Below, one piece after another: positions 30,511-40,556 of a stretch of 64,000 nucleotides of DNA. The notes below the pieces were generated by a model. It made no database searches, had not been told where the DNA came from, and saw nothing but the letters and a program-made list of their open reading frames with translations. The stretch's first letter is position 1. Every line of letters starts with the position of its first letter. Position numbers and translations under genes: made by a program. Origin of the DNA: Geopsychrobacteraceae bacterium (GTDB taxonomy: Bacteria; Desulfobacterota; Desulfuromonadia; Desulfuromonadales; Geopsychrobacteraceae); NCBI GenBank assembly GCA_963676795.2, contig CAXXTB010000002.1, positions 2,336,001-2,400,000 of the forward strand, written 5' to 3'.

Positions 30511-32232
30511 ATGTCCCAGAATCGCTTTGTTCCCAAGCTATGGACCTGCATCAAAGAAGGCTACACCCGCCAACTGGTCATCAATGACCTGCTCGCCGGC
30601 ATCATTGTCGGTATCGTCGCCCTGCCATTGGCTATCGCCTTTGCCATCGCCTCCGGGGTCAAACCGGAACAGGGTCTATACACTGCCATAGTCGCAGGTT
30701 TACTGATCTCGCTGTTCAGCGGTAGCCGGGTTCAGATCGGTGGCCCGACGGGAGCCTTTATTGTCATTGTCTATGACATCGTCCAACGCCACGGCTACGA
30801 CGGACTGGCGATCGCCACCCTGATGGCCGGGGTTCTGCTCATCTTCATGGGGATTGCCCGACTCGGCTCGATCATCAAATACATTCCCTACCCGGTCACC
30901 GTCGGCTTTACCAGTGGTATCGCCCTGATCATCTTCAGCGGCCAGATCCCTCAGTTTCTTGGCCTTAAGCTGGCCAATGTTCCTTCTGAATTCATCGGCA
31001 AACTCGAAGTCTGCCTGCTGCATATCAGGGAGACTTCGATTACCAGTGTCCTGCTCGCTGTCATCACGATCCTGATCATCCTCTACTGGCCGCGCGTCAC
31101 CCACAGGATTCCGGGATCGTTGGTCGCCATCATCCTGACGACAGTCGCCGTTCAACTCCTCAACCTGCCGGTCGAGACCATCGGCAGCCGTTTTGGCGCT
31201 GTTCCTTCCGGCCTGCCCTTGCCTCATCTGCCAGCTATTCCCGGCTGGGAGCAATTGCGACAGCTATCATCTCCGGCTCTGACCATCGCCATTCTTGCCG
31301 GCATCGAATCACTGCTATCGGCTGTTGTTGCCGACGGTATGACCGAACGCCGCCATCGCAGCAATATGGAACTGATCGCCCAGGGGATCGCCAACCTGGC
31401 CTCTCCCCTGTTTGGCGGGATTCCTGCCACCGGTGCCATCGCCCGGACCGCAACCAACATCAAGAACGGCGGCAGGAGTCCACTTGCCGGAATGACCCAC
31501 GCGGTCACCCTGCTGCTGATCCTGCTCTTCTTCGGCAAATGGGCGTCGCTGATCCCGATGGCAACCCTGGCCGGAATTCTGATCATCGTGGCCTGGAATA
31601 TGAGTGAAGCGCACCTCTTCATCAAACTGCTGCGCGGCCCCAAAGGGGATGTCCTGGTCCTGCTGGCGACCTTTGGCCTGACTGTGCTGGTCGATCTGAC
31701 CGTCGCCATCCAGGTCGGGATCGTCCTGGCCGCCTTCCTCTTCATGCGCCGCATGTCGGAAGCCACAGAAGTCAGTGCCATCAGCGAACAGTTCCAGAGT
31801 GACGAGGAGGAGCCGGTACAGGATCCGGACAGCCTGAAGGACCGAATCATTCCGGAAGGGGTTCAGGTCTTTGAAATCAACGGCCCGTTCTTCTTCGGTG
31901 CGGCGGACAAGTTCAAGAACACTCTGACCTCGATCAATGAACCGACCAGTGTCCTGATCCTGCGGATGCGCCATGCCCTGAGCCTTGACGCAACAGCCCT
32001 GAATGCGCTTGAGAACGTCTGGCGCAGGTCGCGCAAAAACGGCAGCTGGCTGCTCCTCTCCGGTGTCCACCAGCAGCCATTGAACCTGTTACAGAAATCA
32101 GGGGTCGCTGAGCTGATCGGCAGGGAAAACATCTTCCCGCATATCGATGCCGCCCTGGAGCGGGCCAGATATTTACTTGAAACGAAAAAGCATCAATCGG
32201 CGTCAGCCCCGAAGGACAGTTCAAGCGCATAA
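30511..32232 (+). CDS. SulP family anion transporter with STAS domain
   Basis: LPLAIAFAIASG, QIGGPTGAF, IESLLSA, ATGAIART, GPFFFGAA. Confidence 0.95.
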   Translation: MSQNRFVPKLWTCIKEGYTRQLVINDLLAGIIVGIVALPLAIAFAIASGVKPEQGLYTAIVAGLLISLFSGSRVQIGGPTGAFIVIVYDIVQRHGYDGLAIATLMAGVLLIFMGIARLGSIIKYIPYPVTVGFTSGIALIIFSGQIPQFLGLKLANVPSEFIGKLEVCLLHIRETSITSVLLAVITILIILYWPRVTHRIPGSLVAIILTTVAVQLLNLPVETIGSRFGAVPSGLPLPHLPAIPGWEQLRQLSSPALTIAILAGIESLLSAVVADGMTERRHRSNMELIAQGIANLASPLFGGIPATGAIARTATNIKNGGRSPLAGMTHAVTLLLILLFFGKWASLIPMATLAGILIIVAWNMSEAHLFIKLLRGPKGDVLVLLATFGLTVLVDLTVAIQVGIVLAAFLFMRRMSEATEVSAISEQFQSDEEEPVQDPDSLKDRIIPEGVQVFEINGPFFFGAADKFKNTLTSINEPTSVLILRMRHALSLDATALNALENVWRRSRKNGSWLLLSGVHQQPLNLLQKSGVAELIGRENIFPHIDAALERARYLLETKKHQSASAPKDSSSA

Positions 32233-32897
32233 CGGACATGAAGTTCTGCTGTATCAAAGAGCGGCAGAGGCAGATCGTCCTGACGAAGCAGTAAGGGAAT
32301 CTCTGTACAGCCCAGGACAATCCCCTGGGCTCCCTGAAGCTCGAGTTCCGAGATGATCTCCAGATAAGAGAGCATGGTCTCCTTGCTAAATTCGCCACGA
32401 CAGAGTTCGGTGAAAATCGTCTTGTGGATATAATCCCTGTCGGCTTCATCAGGAATAATCACCTCAAGTCCGTAGCGCTCGCTCAGTCGCGCACGATAGA
32501 AGTCTTCTTCCATGGTATAACGGGTCCCCAGCAGCCCGACACGGGTCAACCCCTTGGAGCGGATTTCACGGCCGACGGCATCACCGATATGCACCAGAGG
32601 CACCGAAATATGTTCCGCAACCTGAGGAGCAACCTTGTGCATAAGATTGGTGCAGATCATCAGCAGTTCCGCGCCGGCGGATTCGAGGGCCGCAGCTTTG
32701 GCGGCCATCATCTCGGCCAGCGTTGTCCAGTCCCCCATTGACTGAAGCGCCTCAACCTCGGCAAAGTCAACACTGTCGAGTAGCAGTTTGGCCGAGTGAA
32801 GCCCGCCAAGCCGCGCCTTGACCTGTTCGTTGAACAATCTGTAATAAAGGGATGTGGATTCCCAGCTCATGCCGCCCAGCATACCGATAGTTTTCAT
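32193..32897 (-). CDS. Aspartate/glutamate racemase family (YgeA/RacX-like)
   Basis: GMLGGMSWEST, CTN, LGCTEIP. Confidence 0.92.
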   Translation of the reverse strand: MKTIGMLGGMSWESTSLYYRLFNEQVKARLGGLHSAKLLLDSVDFAEVEALQSMGDWTTLAEMMAAKAAALESAGAELLMICTNLMHKVAPQVAEHISVPLVHIGDAVGREIRSKGLTRVGLLGTRYTMEEDFYRARLSERYGLEVIIPDEADRDYIHKTIFTELCRGEFSKETMLSYLEIISELELQGAQGIVLGCTEIPLLLRQDDLPLPLFDTAELHVRYALELSFGADAD

Positions 32898-33216
32898 AAT
32901 TAAAGACTCCTTGCCACACGAAAAGACCAGTAAGAATTATTCTTATAAAATAATCAATCTACGCCCTTGATTTTTCGTCACAGGTCGCAGTAACATACAT
33001 AAGTATACAAGAGGCTTCAGATGTTTTTGCAAGACAAGAGACGCTCATCAAGAAAGGCTCAAGAAGAAAAAGCAGATCACCAGTTCTGGTTTGGGCAATA
33101 TCTGGTTCAGACCGACCTCCCCGCTTTCGATTCCACCGCAATGACAACGACCTTGGCTGAAAGAGCGTCACCAATTTCGATTTTTACTTGGTTTTTCTTA
33201 GACTTGCAAAAAAAAC

Positions 33217-33245
33217 TTGACTTTGCGGTCACCAATACATAGGAT
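33217..33245 (+). promoter_or_regulatory. Sigma70 promoter
   Basis: TTGACT-N17-TAGGAT upstream of the cyclase gene. Confidence 0.55.
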
Positions 33246-33313
33246 GCCGCATACTGAAACCTACATCCACGATGTGAAACTTTTTTACAAATGTGAGACA
33301 AAAGGAGCAACCC

Positions 33314-34246
33314 ATGGGAAAGAAAGTTTTTGTTGATCTGAGCCATCCATTCTTTGGTGACATGCCTCTCTGGCCATACTTCTCCAAGCCAGAAATTGCA
33401 CCAATGCACAGCATGGCCAAAGGTGGCGTTCTGACTCAGACCATCAAGTGCACCATGCACACCGGTACCCACGCTGACGCCCCACGTCACGTTATGGAAA
33501 GAATGTTCGATGGCCGCCGCGCTCTCTACTCCCACGAACTGCCATGTGATGCTTACTGTGGCGACGCAGTCTGCCTCGACGTTAAAGTTCCTGATTGGGG
33601 TTTGATCCTGCCAGAGCACCTGGAAGACGCATGTAAGCGCGCTAACATCAAGCCAGAAGAACTCGAAGGCATGGTTGTTTGTGTCCGCACCGGTATGCAC
33701 CTCAAATTCGACGACAGCAAAGACTACTACCACTACTCCTGTGGCCCAGGTGTTGAAGCTGGTCGTTGGTTCGTCAAGAACAAAGTCAAAGTCGTTGCTC
33801 TTGACCAGCAAGCTCTTGACCACCCACTGCACACCTCCATGGGTAACAACGGTACCTGCATGAAGCTGCAGGGTAAGAGCGGCAAGAACATCTGTGAAGA
33901 GTACACCGAGCAGTTCGGTGAAGAAGCTTACGCAGAGTTCGACAAAGAGCTCTACATCAAGATCCACGGCAAAGAAAAATACGACGCTAAATTCGGCGAT
34001 CTGGAAGCTATCGGCTGCTACGGCACCTGGGAGCCTTGCCACAAAGTTCTGCTCGGCAACGGTATCGTTGGCGTTGAGAACCTCGGTGGTGACCTGGAGA
34101 AAGTTGTTGGCAAGCGTTTCCGTTTCTTCGCTCTGCCAATCCGCTGGCACCTGGGTGACGGCTCCATGGTTCGCTGCGTTGCCGAGATCGACGAAGACGA
34201 TCTGAACGATGCACCAAGCCGCGAGTACCCATACGGCGCAATGTAA
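33314..34246 (+). CDS. Cyclase family metal-dependent hydrolase (KynB-like)
   Basis: VDLSHP, HTGTHADAP, VENL, GDGSMVR; AAGGAG RBS. Confidence 0.88.
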   Translation: MGKKVFVDLSHPFFGDMPLWPYFSKPEIAPMHSMAKGGVLTQTIKCTMHTGTHADAPRHVMERMFDGRRALYSHELPCDAYCGDAVCLDVKVPDWGLILPEHLEDACKRANIKPEELEGMVVCVRTGMHLKFDDSKDYYHYSCGPGVEAGRWFVKNKVKVVALDQQALDHPLHTSMGNNGTCMKLQGKSGKNICEEYTEQFGEEAYAEFDKELYIKIHGKEKYDAKFGDLEAIGCYGTWEPCHKVLLGNGIVGVENLGGDLEKVVGKRFRFFALPIRWHLGDGSMVRCVAEIDEDDLNDAPSREYPYGAM

Positions 34247-34278
34247 TCGGACGAAACCTCAAGGTTTCTGAAGCTTAT

Positions 34279-34322
34279 AAAAGAAATGCCATGATGAGAG
34301 ATCATCATGGCATTTTCTTTTT
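34279..34322. terminator. Bidirectional terminator
   Basis: AAATGCCATGATGA-GAGA-TCATCATGGCATTT with flanking A and T tracts. Confidence 0.8.
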
Positions 34323-34353
34323 GCCCTCCGCTACGCTACCTTCAGCTCCCGCC

Positions 34354-36129
34354 TCAGCCGAGAATCGAACGAATCTTGGTTTTCAGCAGCTCAAACGAAA
34401 TCGGTTTTTGTAAGAACTGAAAACTGTCTCTGTTCACATCCTGACTGGTAATGATGTCTGAGGCATAACCGGACATAAGCAGAACCTTGATTTGCGGCCG
34501 CAGGGTCATGATTTTTTCGCTCAACTCTTTACCGGTCATTTTCGGCATAATCAGATCAGATATCAGCAGATGAATCTCATCTTCATCACTTTTAGCAAGT
34601 TCGATTGCAACATCAACATCAGCAGCAGCCAGGACATGATAGCCTGCCTCTTCGAGCATCTCTTTTTTCAGATAAAGCAGCATTGTATCATCTTCAACCA
34701 GAAGGATCCTCCCACTCCCCGGGGAGTATTCGTCCGCATAGTTGCCAGATTCAACATAAAGGCTCTCATCGACCCGAGGCAGATAAATCTGGAATTCCGT
34801 TCCTAGCCCCGCTCCGGTATAAAACCTTATAAAACCGCCATTCTGTTTGACAGCGCCAAATACTGTTGCCAATCCGAGCCCCGTTCCCGAACCGACGCTC
34901 TTTGTCGTATAGAAAGGCTCAAAAATATACTCACGAATCTCTTCATCAATCCCGGGACCGTTGTCCTTGACCGAAATTCGAACATAATCTCCTGGTGAAC
35001 ATTCGAAATTCGGGACTCTGCATTCGTTTTCAGTGACATGCAAATTTTCAGTTTTCAGGAGGATGGTTCCGCTACCAGCTATGGCATCACGCGAATTGAC
35101 GCAGAGATTGGTCAGAATCTGATCAGCCTGGGTCGGATCGATCCTGACAGGCCAGACACTTTCTGCAGGTTCCCAGACCAGCGAAACGGACTCACCGATA
35201 AGGCGCTGCAACATTTTCTGAATTTGGCTTATTGTCTCATTGATATCAACAACCCTGGGCGAAATGACCTGTTTACGGGCGAAGGTCAGAAGCTGACGGG
35301 TCAAATCCGCCGAACGCCTGGATGCCGTACAGATCTCCTCAAGGTCCGACGTGATATCCTGCTGTCGTCTGAGTTTCAACAAGGCGATCTCGGCACGACC
35401 GAGAATAACCCCGAGCATATTGTTGAAGTCGTGTGCCACACCCCCGGCAAGATGACCGATCGATTCTATTTTCTTGGCATGATGAAGCTGATTTTCAAGC
35501 ATCAATCGATCCTCCTCGGCCTGCCGCAGCACCGTGATGTCTCGTCCGATGCCAAGAACACCGACAATGCCACCCTGAGGATCGTACATCGGGGTTTTTA
35601 TCGTAAACAGAAGAGCCTTTTGTTGCGTATCAGAAAAAACGATCCACTCCTCATTGCTGGTTGGCTTACCGGCCTCTACCGCCTGACTGTCGTGTATCCT
35701 GAAAAACTCGGCCAACTCCTTATCAAACAGATCGAAATCGGTTTTTCCGATAAGCTCTGATTCCTTATAGCCGGCAAACCTTTCAAACATGGCATTGCAG
35801 GAGAGATAGCGCCCCTGGGCATCCTTCAGCCAGATCAGATCCGGAATGGTATTGACCAGGCTGCGGAAACGTTCTTCACTCTGAACCAGGGTAGCCGCCC
35901 CTTGCGACTGAACGTGCAAGGCCCTCTTGACCAGATAATAGAGCAGAATAGCCGTGACAATGATAAATCCCCAGCCCTTGATCGTCTGAAGTCTGGCAAG
36001 AACCAAGGAGTCTCCGGTCATAAGCAACAGGAGACGATCCGAGAAAAGAATCCACAGCAGGCCAAAGAGACTGTAAAGTCCCGCGACCTTCAGCGATCGA
36101 TGTATGATATTTCGCTCAATTGATTCCAT
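34354..36129 (-). CDS. Hybrid sensor histidine kinase/response regulator with PAS
   Basis: Two TM helices, PAS, AGGVAHDFNN, NLCVNSRDA, GTGLGL, receiver ISDLIMP. Confidence 0.93.
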   Translation of the reverse strand: MESIERNIIHRSLKVAGLYSLFGLLWILFSDRLLLLMTGDSLVLARLQTIKGWGFIIVTAILLYYLVKRALHVQSQGAATLVQSEERFRSLVNTIPDLIWLKDAQGRYLSCNAMFERFAGYKESELIGKTDFDLFDKELAEFFRIHDSQAVEAGKPTSNEEWIVFSDTQQKALLFTIKTPMYDPQGGIVGVLGIGRDITVLRQAEEDRLMLENQLHHAKKIESIGHLAGGVAHDFNNMLGVILGRAEIALLKLRRQQDITSDLEEICTASRRSADLTRQLLTFARKQVISPRVVDINETISQIQKMLQRLIGESVSLVWEPAESVWPVRIDPTQADQILTNLCVNSRDAIAGSGTILLKTENLHVTENECRVPNFECSPGDYVRISVKDNGPGIDEEIREYIFEPFYTTKSVGSGTGLGLATVFGAVKQNGGFIRFYTGAGLGTEFQIYLPRVDESLYVESGNYADEYSPGSGRILLVEDDTMLLYLKKEMLEEAGYHVLAAADVDVAIELAKSDEDEIHLLISDLIMPKMTGKELSEKIMTLRPQIKVLLMSGYASDIITSQDVNRDSFQFLQKPISFELLKTKIRSILG

Positions 36130-36216
36130 GTTTTCTGTCCCTTTGGCTCATAGCAATATAAGGGTTCAGCGTGCTATGACAACCGAGAGACGCAAAGATG
36201 CGCCAAACCCGGAATC

Positions 36217-38307
36217 TCAGATCAGGCTGAAATCGATACGCCGCCGCCAGAGCTCAACCTTATCGAGAATCACCCGAACAGGTTTACCGATACGGAACTC
36301 CTGGCGGCGCCGCTCGCCGACCAGGGCCATACGTCCAGCATCAAAATAGTAATAGTCATCGTTCAGGCTGCGGACATGAACAAGCCCTTCGATATAGAGG
36401 TCATCCAGCTCGACGAAAAAACCGAATTCGGTGACCGAGGAAATCACCCCGCTGAATTCTTCGCCAACCCTGTCACGCATCAGCTGGCAACGGCGCAGGT
36501 CGACAAGATCGCGCTCGGCAAGCATCGCCCGCCGTTCTTTGGCGGAACAATCCCTGCCCAGGATTTCAAGCCGGGGCAGATCCAGCCCCTCAGATTTGGG
36601 CCGCTGCTGCAGGGCCAACTTGAGAACCCGGTGGACGACAAGGTCAGGGTAGCGCCTGATCGGCGAGGTAAAATGGCAGTAACACTCCGCGGCCAAGCCA
36701 AAGTGGCCGACGTTCTGCGGCGCATACCTCGCCTGTTGCAGGCTGCGCAGCAGCTGCTGATTGAGCAGACGCCCTTCCGGCAGGTCCGCCGCTTCTGCCA
36801 GCATCTGCTGCAGATGTTTGTGCAACTGTTTCTTGCCGACCAGCAGCCCGATTCCACATTCAGCCGCCAACTGCTGCAGTTCCTGGAGCTTATCCAGAGC
36901 GGGTTGCTCATGAATACGGTAGAGAAAATCCCAACCCTGATCGCGCAGAAAGCCAGCAACCGCCTCGTTGGCCGCGAGCATGAACTCCTCGATCAGACGA
37001 TGGGCCTGGTTTCTTTCGATCTTTTCCAGGGAAACGGCCTTGCCCGTATCGTCAACGATAACTTCGACCTCGGGGATTTCCAGATCGAGACTACCTCGCT
37101 CAAGGCGCATACGAGTCAGGATTGCAGAAAATTCCGCCATGGCGAGCAATTGCTCGGTCAGATCCGCCTCCAGAGTCGAGGTCGCCGGGTGGTCGAGAAT
37201 TTCAGCCACGCGAGTGTAGGTCAGGCGTGCCCGACTGCGGATCACAGCCGGATAGAAATCAGCCGACTTCAACTGCCCCTGTGAGTCAAAAAGCATCTCC
37301 GCGGTCATCGCCAGGCGCTCTTCTTCGGGACGCAGGGAACAGATACCGTTACTCAGCTCTTCAGGCAGCATCGGTAAGCAGAAACCCGGGAAATAGACAC
37401 TGGTTCCACGCTCAACGGCATCCTTGTCGAGAGCACTTCCCGGCGTGACATAGTGGGCGACATCTGCAATAGAGACCCACAGCCGGTAACTCTCCCCTTC
37501 CTTTCTCAGCGCAACAGCATCATCAAAGTCCCGGGCGGTCTCACCGTCGATCGTCACCAGCGACAGACCACGCAGGTCCGTGCGCCCTTTCAGCTCTTCA
37601 CCACTGAATTCGCCGACAATCTGCCCGGCTTCCTCCAGTGTCGCCGGTGAAAAAACATGGGGCAACCCGTGGCTGCGAATCACAGTTTCAATATCGACGC
37701 GCGGATCATCGAGCTCGCCGAGCACCTCGAGCACCCTGCCGCTGGCGGCCTGCTCAGCCGAAGCGTAGCGTTCGATTTCGACCTCGACGACCTGACCCGG
37801 CTCGATATCGGCCGGTGGCATGATATGGACCGGCCCGCCTAGTTTCTGTTCCAGCGGCCAGATCACATGGCTGCGGCCGCGTTGCTGATAAACACCGACC
37901 AGTTTTGAATGGGCCCGTTCTTCGATGCGGATGATCTCGCCGTAGGGACGACGGTCCCGTGGCGAAAAGCGCACATTGGCAACCACCCGATCGCCATCCA
38001 TCGCGGTTCCCGTATGACGGGCCGGAATGAACAGATCCTCCAGATCGGTCTTGTCGGGGCGGAGGAAACCGAAGCCCTGATCAGTCTGGGAAAAAATCCC
38101 GACCAGCTGCTGCTGCGATTTTTTCAAGCGGTAGCGCCCCTTGCGCTCTTCCAGTAATTGCTGCCGTACCATCTGGTTGAGAACCTTGGTCAATATCTTC
38201 CGCTCGCCGCCACGCAGATCAAGAGCTTCCGCCAATTCACGGCGATCAAGAGGCCGCTTGTCACGTTTACCGAGCAGGGTGAGTATCTTCTGTTCCAGAG
38301 GTTGCAT
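36217..38307 (-). CDS. rnr: Ribonuclease R
   Basis: TIDGETARDFDDA, EEFMLAANE, HFTSPIRRYPDL, C-terminal S1. Confidence 0.95.
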   Translation of the reverse strand: MQPLEQKILTLLGKRDKRPLDRRELAEALDLRGGERKILTKVLNQMVRQQLLEERKGRYRLKKSQQQLVGIFSQTDQGFGFLRPDKTDLEDLFIPARHTGTAMDGDRVVANVRFSPRDRRPYGEIIRIEERAHSKLVGVYQQRGRSHVIWPLEQKLGGPVHIMPPADIEPGQVVEVEIERYASAEQAASGRVLEVLGELDDPRVDIETVIRSHGLPHVFSPATLEEAGQIVGEFSGEELKGRTDLRGLSLVTIDGETARDFDDAVALRKEGESYRLWVSIADVAHYVTPGSALDKDAVERGTSVYFPGFCLPMLPEELSNGICSLRPEEERLAMTAEMLFDSQGQLKSADFYPAVIRSRARLTYTRVAEILDHPATSTLEADLTEQLLAMAEFSAILTRMRLERGSLDLEIPEVEVIVDDTGKAVSLEKIERNQAHRLIEEFMLAANEAVAGFLRDQGWDFLYRIHEQPALDKLQELQQLAAECGIGLLVGKKQLHKHLQQMLAEAADLPEGRLLNQQLLRSLQQARYAPQNVGHFGLAAECYCHFTSPIRRYPDLVVHRVLKLALQQRPKSEGLDLPRLEILGRDCSAKERRAMLAERDLVDLRRCQLMRDRVGEEFSGVISSVTEFGFFVELDDLYIEGLVHVRSLNDDYYYFDAGRMALVGERRRQEFRIGKPVRVILDKVELWRRRIDFSLI

Positions 38308-38437
38308 AAATTCACTTTCATCGCTGAATAATCGCAGAGCGCTGCGCTATCATTACCAATGTGGTCATATTTTATTGTCAGACCGTATCGTTTCGGATAT
38401 TCTGCGGGGAATCACATATTTTTGAAAGGAGAAAACA

Positions 38438-38776
38438 ATGAAAATTGAATGGGCATACCTGCGCAAGGGCTGAACCTCCTGCGTCAAGGCCCAGGAGTTC
38501 CTGGGATCCAACAGCATTGAGATCGAAACCAGCACGGATGCACGCAAAGAACGGATTGACGATGAAGCTGCATGGCAGCTGGTCAGTGACGCCACCACTG
38601 TGCATGTCGCCAAGGGAAAAAAGGTTGATGTTTTGACACCGGCAGCTGATGGACGAGAGCCCTGCCTGACCAAAGTCATGGGTCCGAGCGGCAACCTGCG
38701 TGCCCCGACCCTGAAGATCGGTGACACGCTGATTGTCGGCTTCCATCAGCAACTATACGAATCAGTGTTAAGTTAA
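38438..38776 (+). CDS. ArsC/thioredoxin-fold selenoprotein; UGA at 38471-38473 read as Sec (UxxC)
   Basis: AAGGAG RBS; MKIEWAYLRKG-TGA-TSCVKAQEFL...GPSGNLRAPTLKIGDTLIVGF...*; hairpin CTCCTG..CAGGAG just after the TGA; not in ORF track. Confidence 0.85.
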
Positions 38777-38781
38777 ATGTC

Positions 38782-39168
38782 TTAAACGTCCTGGTCCTGG
38801 TCGGCCTTGACCGCCTGCTTCAGCCAGTCGATCTCGCCGGGAACCAGTTCTTTGGAAAACTGACTCCCGATGTTGATTGCCCAGTGCAGACTATCGGGGG
38901 TCAGTTCAGCCAGATGATAGCCCATAAAGACCGCATGCGGCACCGTCTGACCGGCCCAATGAGTCAAGCGCTCCTCGCTGTCAAACAGCATCATGTAGTG
39001 CTTCTCTTCCGATTCGAGGATCATCGGCGCAACATTTTCCGGCTGATCGTCCGGAGCTTCACTCAGAGGAATATAGAATTCGGTGTTCAGCACTTCTTCA
39101 TAATATGGCTCCTGCCCATTTTCATGATCGTCGATAAATTTCTGCAGGGCATCGTCCAGCTTACTCAT
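38782..39168 (-). CDS. SseB family protein
   Basis: FYIP, MMLFDSEERL, WAINIGSQFSKEL..EI pattern. Confidence 0.7.
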   Translation of the reverse strand: MSKLDDALQKFIDDHENGQEPYYEEVLNTEFYIPLSEAPDDQPENVAPMILESEEKHYMMLFDSEERLTHWAGQTVPHAVFMGYHLAELTPDSLHWAINIGSQFSKELVPGEIDWLKQAVKADQDQDV

Positions 39169-39208
39169 GATTTCTCCTTTTGTGTCCCTCAAACTTCACG
39201 GAAGAGGG

Positions 39209-39517
39209 TTAACAGCATTCCTGTTCGATCCGGTCAAGAAGCTTGAGCGCTTCTTCATCCTCGTATTCTTCAAAAATCTCGTAGAGATTATTGACATAAT
39301 TATGAATCAGAAACAATTCGTCAATGATCCGTCCGTCGATCTCTCTGCCGACCGTGGCCAGGCGCTCTTTGAACTTTTCCCAGAAGGCGTTGGTCTTGGC
39401 CGGATCATCGATGTGTCTGCGCAGCATCTCCATCAGCCGCCTGGAATTCCCTTCACAGTCGATATTGGTATAGGTCACATAACGGTCGGTCTTGGTCGTA
39501 CATTTACAGTCTGTCAT
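39209..39517 (-). CDS. cowN: CowN, protects nitrogenase from CO
   Basis: [27 protein letters not shown]-terminal ECC; in the nif operon. Confidence 0.88.
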   Translation of the reverse strand: MTDCKCTTKTDRYVTYTNIDCEGNSRRLMEMLRRHIDDPAKTNAFWEKFKERLATVGREIDGRIIDELFLIHNYVNNLYEIFEEYEDEEALKLLDRIEQECC

Positions 39518-39530
39518 GGCAAATCAACCT

Positions 39531-40538
39531 TCAATCATCAGTTACAAAACATAGTGCAAAATCGCTGCAATCCCCGCAGTTCGGCGTTTTACACATCACA
39601 CCGCCGCCAAGGTCACAGACCCGTTTAAACAGAAAGCGTTTCCAGCGCATCCCCTTGTTATTGGCTTCGGCCAGCTCCGGCAGATGTCGCCGGATCGCAG
39701 CAGTCAACTGCGGCCGTTTGAGCAGCCCCATGGCCACCCACAGATGGCCCTTGTGCGCAGCCCGTGCGGCCAGGATCTGGGCCAGAAGCCAGGCAGGGCT
39801 GGTTGCCTCAGCATCAGCCGGAACAAAAGAGAACAGCACATCCTCAACATCCGCGTTGATCTGCGGCGGTGCAATCAGAATCGGCTGTTTACCGTCCACC
39901 AGGCGACGATCAAAATAAGGAAACCAGGTCGCAAAGAGTGCGGCCAGCTGCTCTTCATTCAGCCCCAGAGCGGCCGTCATCGGACAATCTTCCTGGGTCG
40001 CCACGGTGATCAGGCTGGCAAACAGTTGCCTGTCCTCGGGATCGCATCCTTGCGGAGCGGTGGAGGCCAGCAAGGCCAGATAGAGGGGATCGCTCGCACA
40101 GACACGTGGCCCATGATCCTCTTCACTTTTCAGTTCCACGCTGACCACCGAACCATCACCCAGTGCACTTCGGACTGCCGCTTGCAGAGCCTGGACAGCG
40201 AGATCGGCACAGTAACCACGGTCGTCAGGCAGATCATGGTTCAACTGGCGATGCACAGCAACAGCGTCAACCTTCTGCACATCAGCCAGAAGTTGACCTT
40301 CACTCAATTCGGCCGCCACACTGCAGGCGGCAATGGTAAAACCACAGCCAAACACCTGAAAACGGATCTGCGCTACTTGGTCCCGCTCAACCCGCAGTGT
40401 AAAGCGCACAGCCAGCCGCTGACCGACAGCCGAACCATCAAGCCCCGTTTCCCCGGTTCCATCGGCATTCTCGATCTGGCCGACCCGGCGGGAGTCGTTG
40501 ACGTAGGCCATCAAACGTTCGGTATATCCCTGTTCCAT
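39531..40538 (-). CDS. nifQ: NifU_N/IscU-like domain fused to NifQ
   Basis: N-terminal RFQVFGCGFTIAAC..RGYC; C-terminal HLWVAMGL..MRWKRFLF..CKTPNCGDCSDFALCF (NifQ CX4CX2CX5C). Confidence 0.85.
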   Translation of the reverse strand: MEQGYTERLMAYVNDSRRVGQIENADGTGETGLDGSAVGQRLAVRFTLRVERDQVAQIRFQVFGCGFTIAACSVAAELSEGQLLADVQKVDAVAVHRQLNHDLPDDRGYCADLAVQALQAAVRSALGDGSVVSVELKSEEDHGPRVCASDPLYLALLASTAPQGCDPEDRQLFASLITVATQEDCPMTAALGLNEEQLAALFATWFPYFDRRLVDGKQPILIAPPQINADVEDVLFSFVPADAEATSPAWLLAQILAARAAHKGHLWVAMGLLKRPQLTAAIRRHLPELAEANNKGMRWKRFLFKRVCDLGGGVMCKTPNCGDCSDFALCFVTDD

Positions 40539-40556
40539 GCTGCGCCTCACTGGTTC

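Noticed and set aside
32193..32232. 40-bp convergent overlap of SulP and racemase
   Set aside because: Involves only low-complexity C-terminal tails; common and uninformative
33107..34150. 347-aa minus-strand ORF
   Set aside because: Mirror of the codon-biased cyclase gene
38365..38752. Two minus-strand track ORFs (120 and 124 aa)
   Set aside because: Better explained as shadows of the plus-strand selenoprotein, which has an RBS and family motifs
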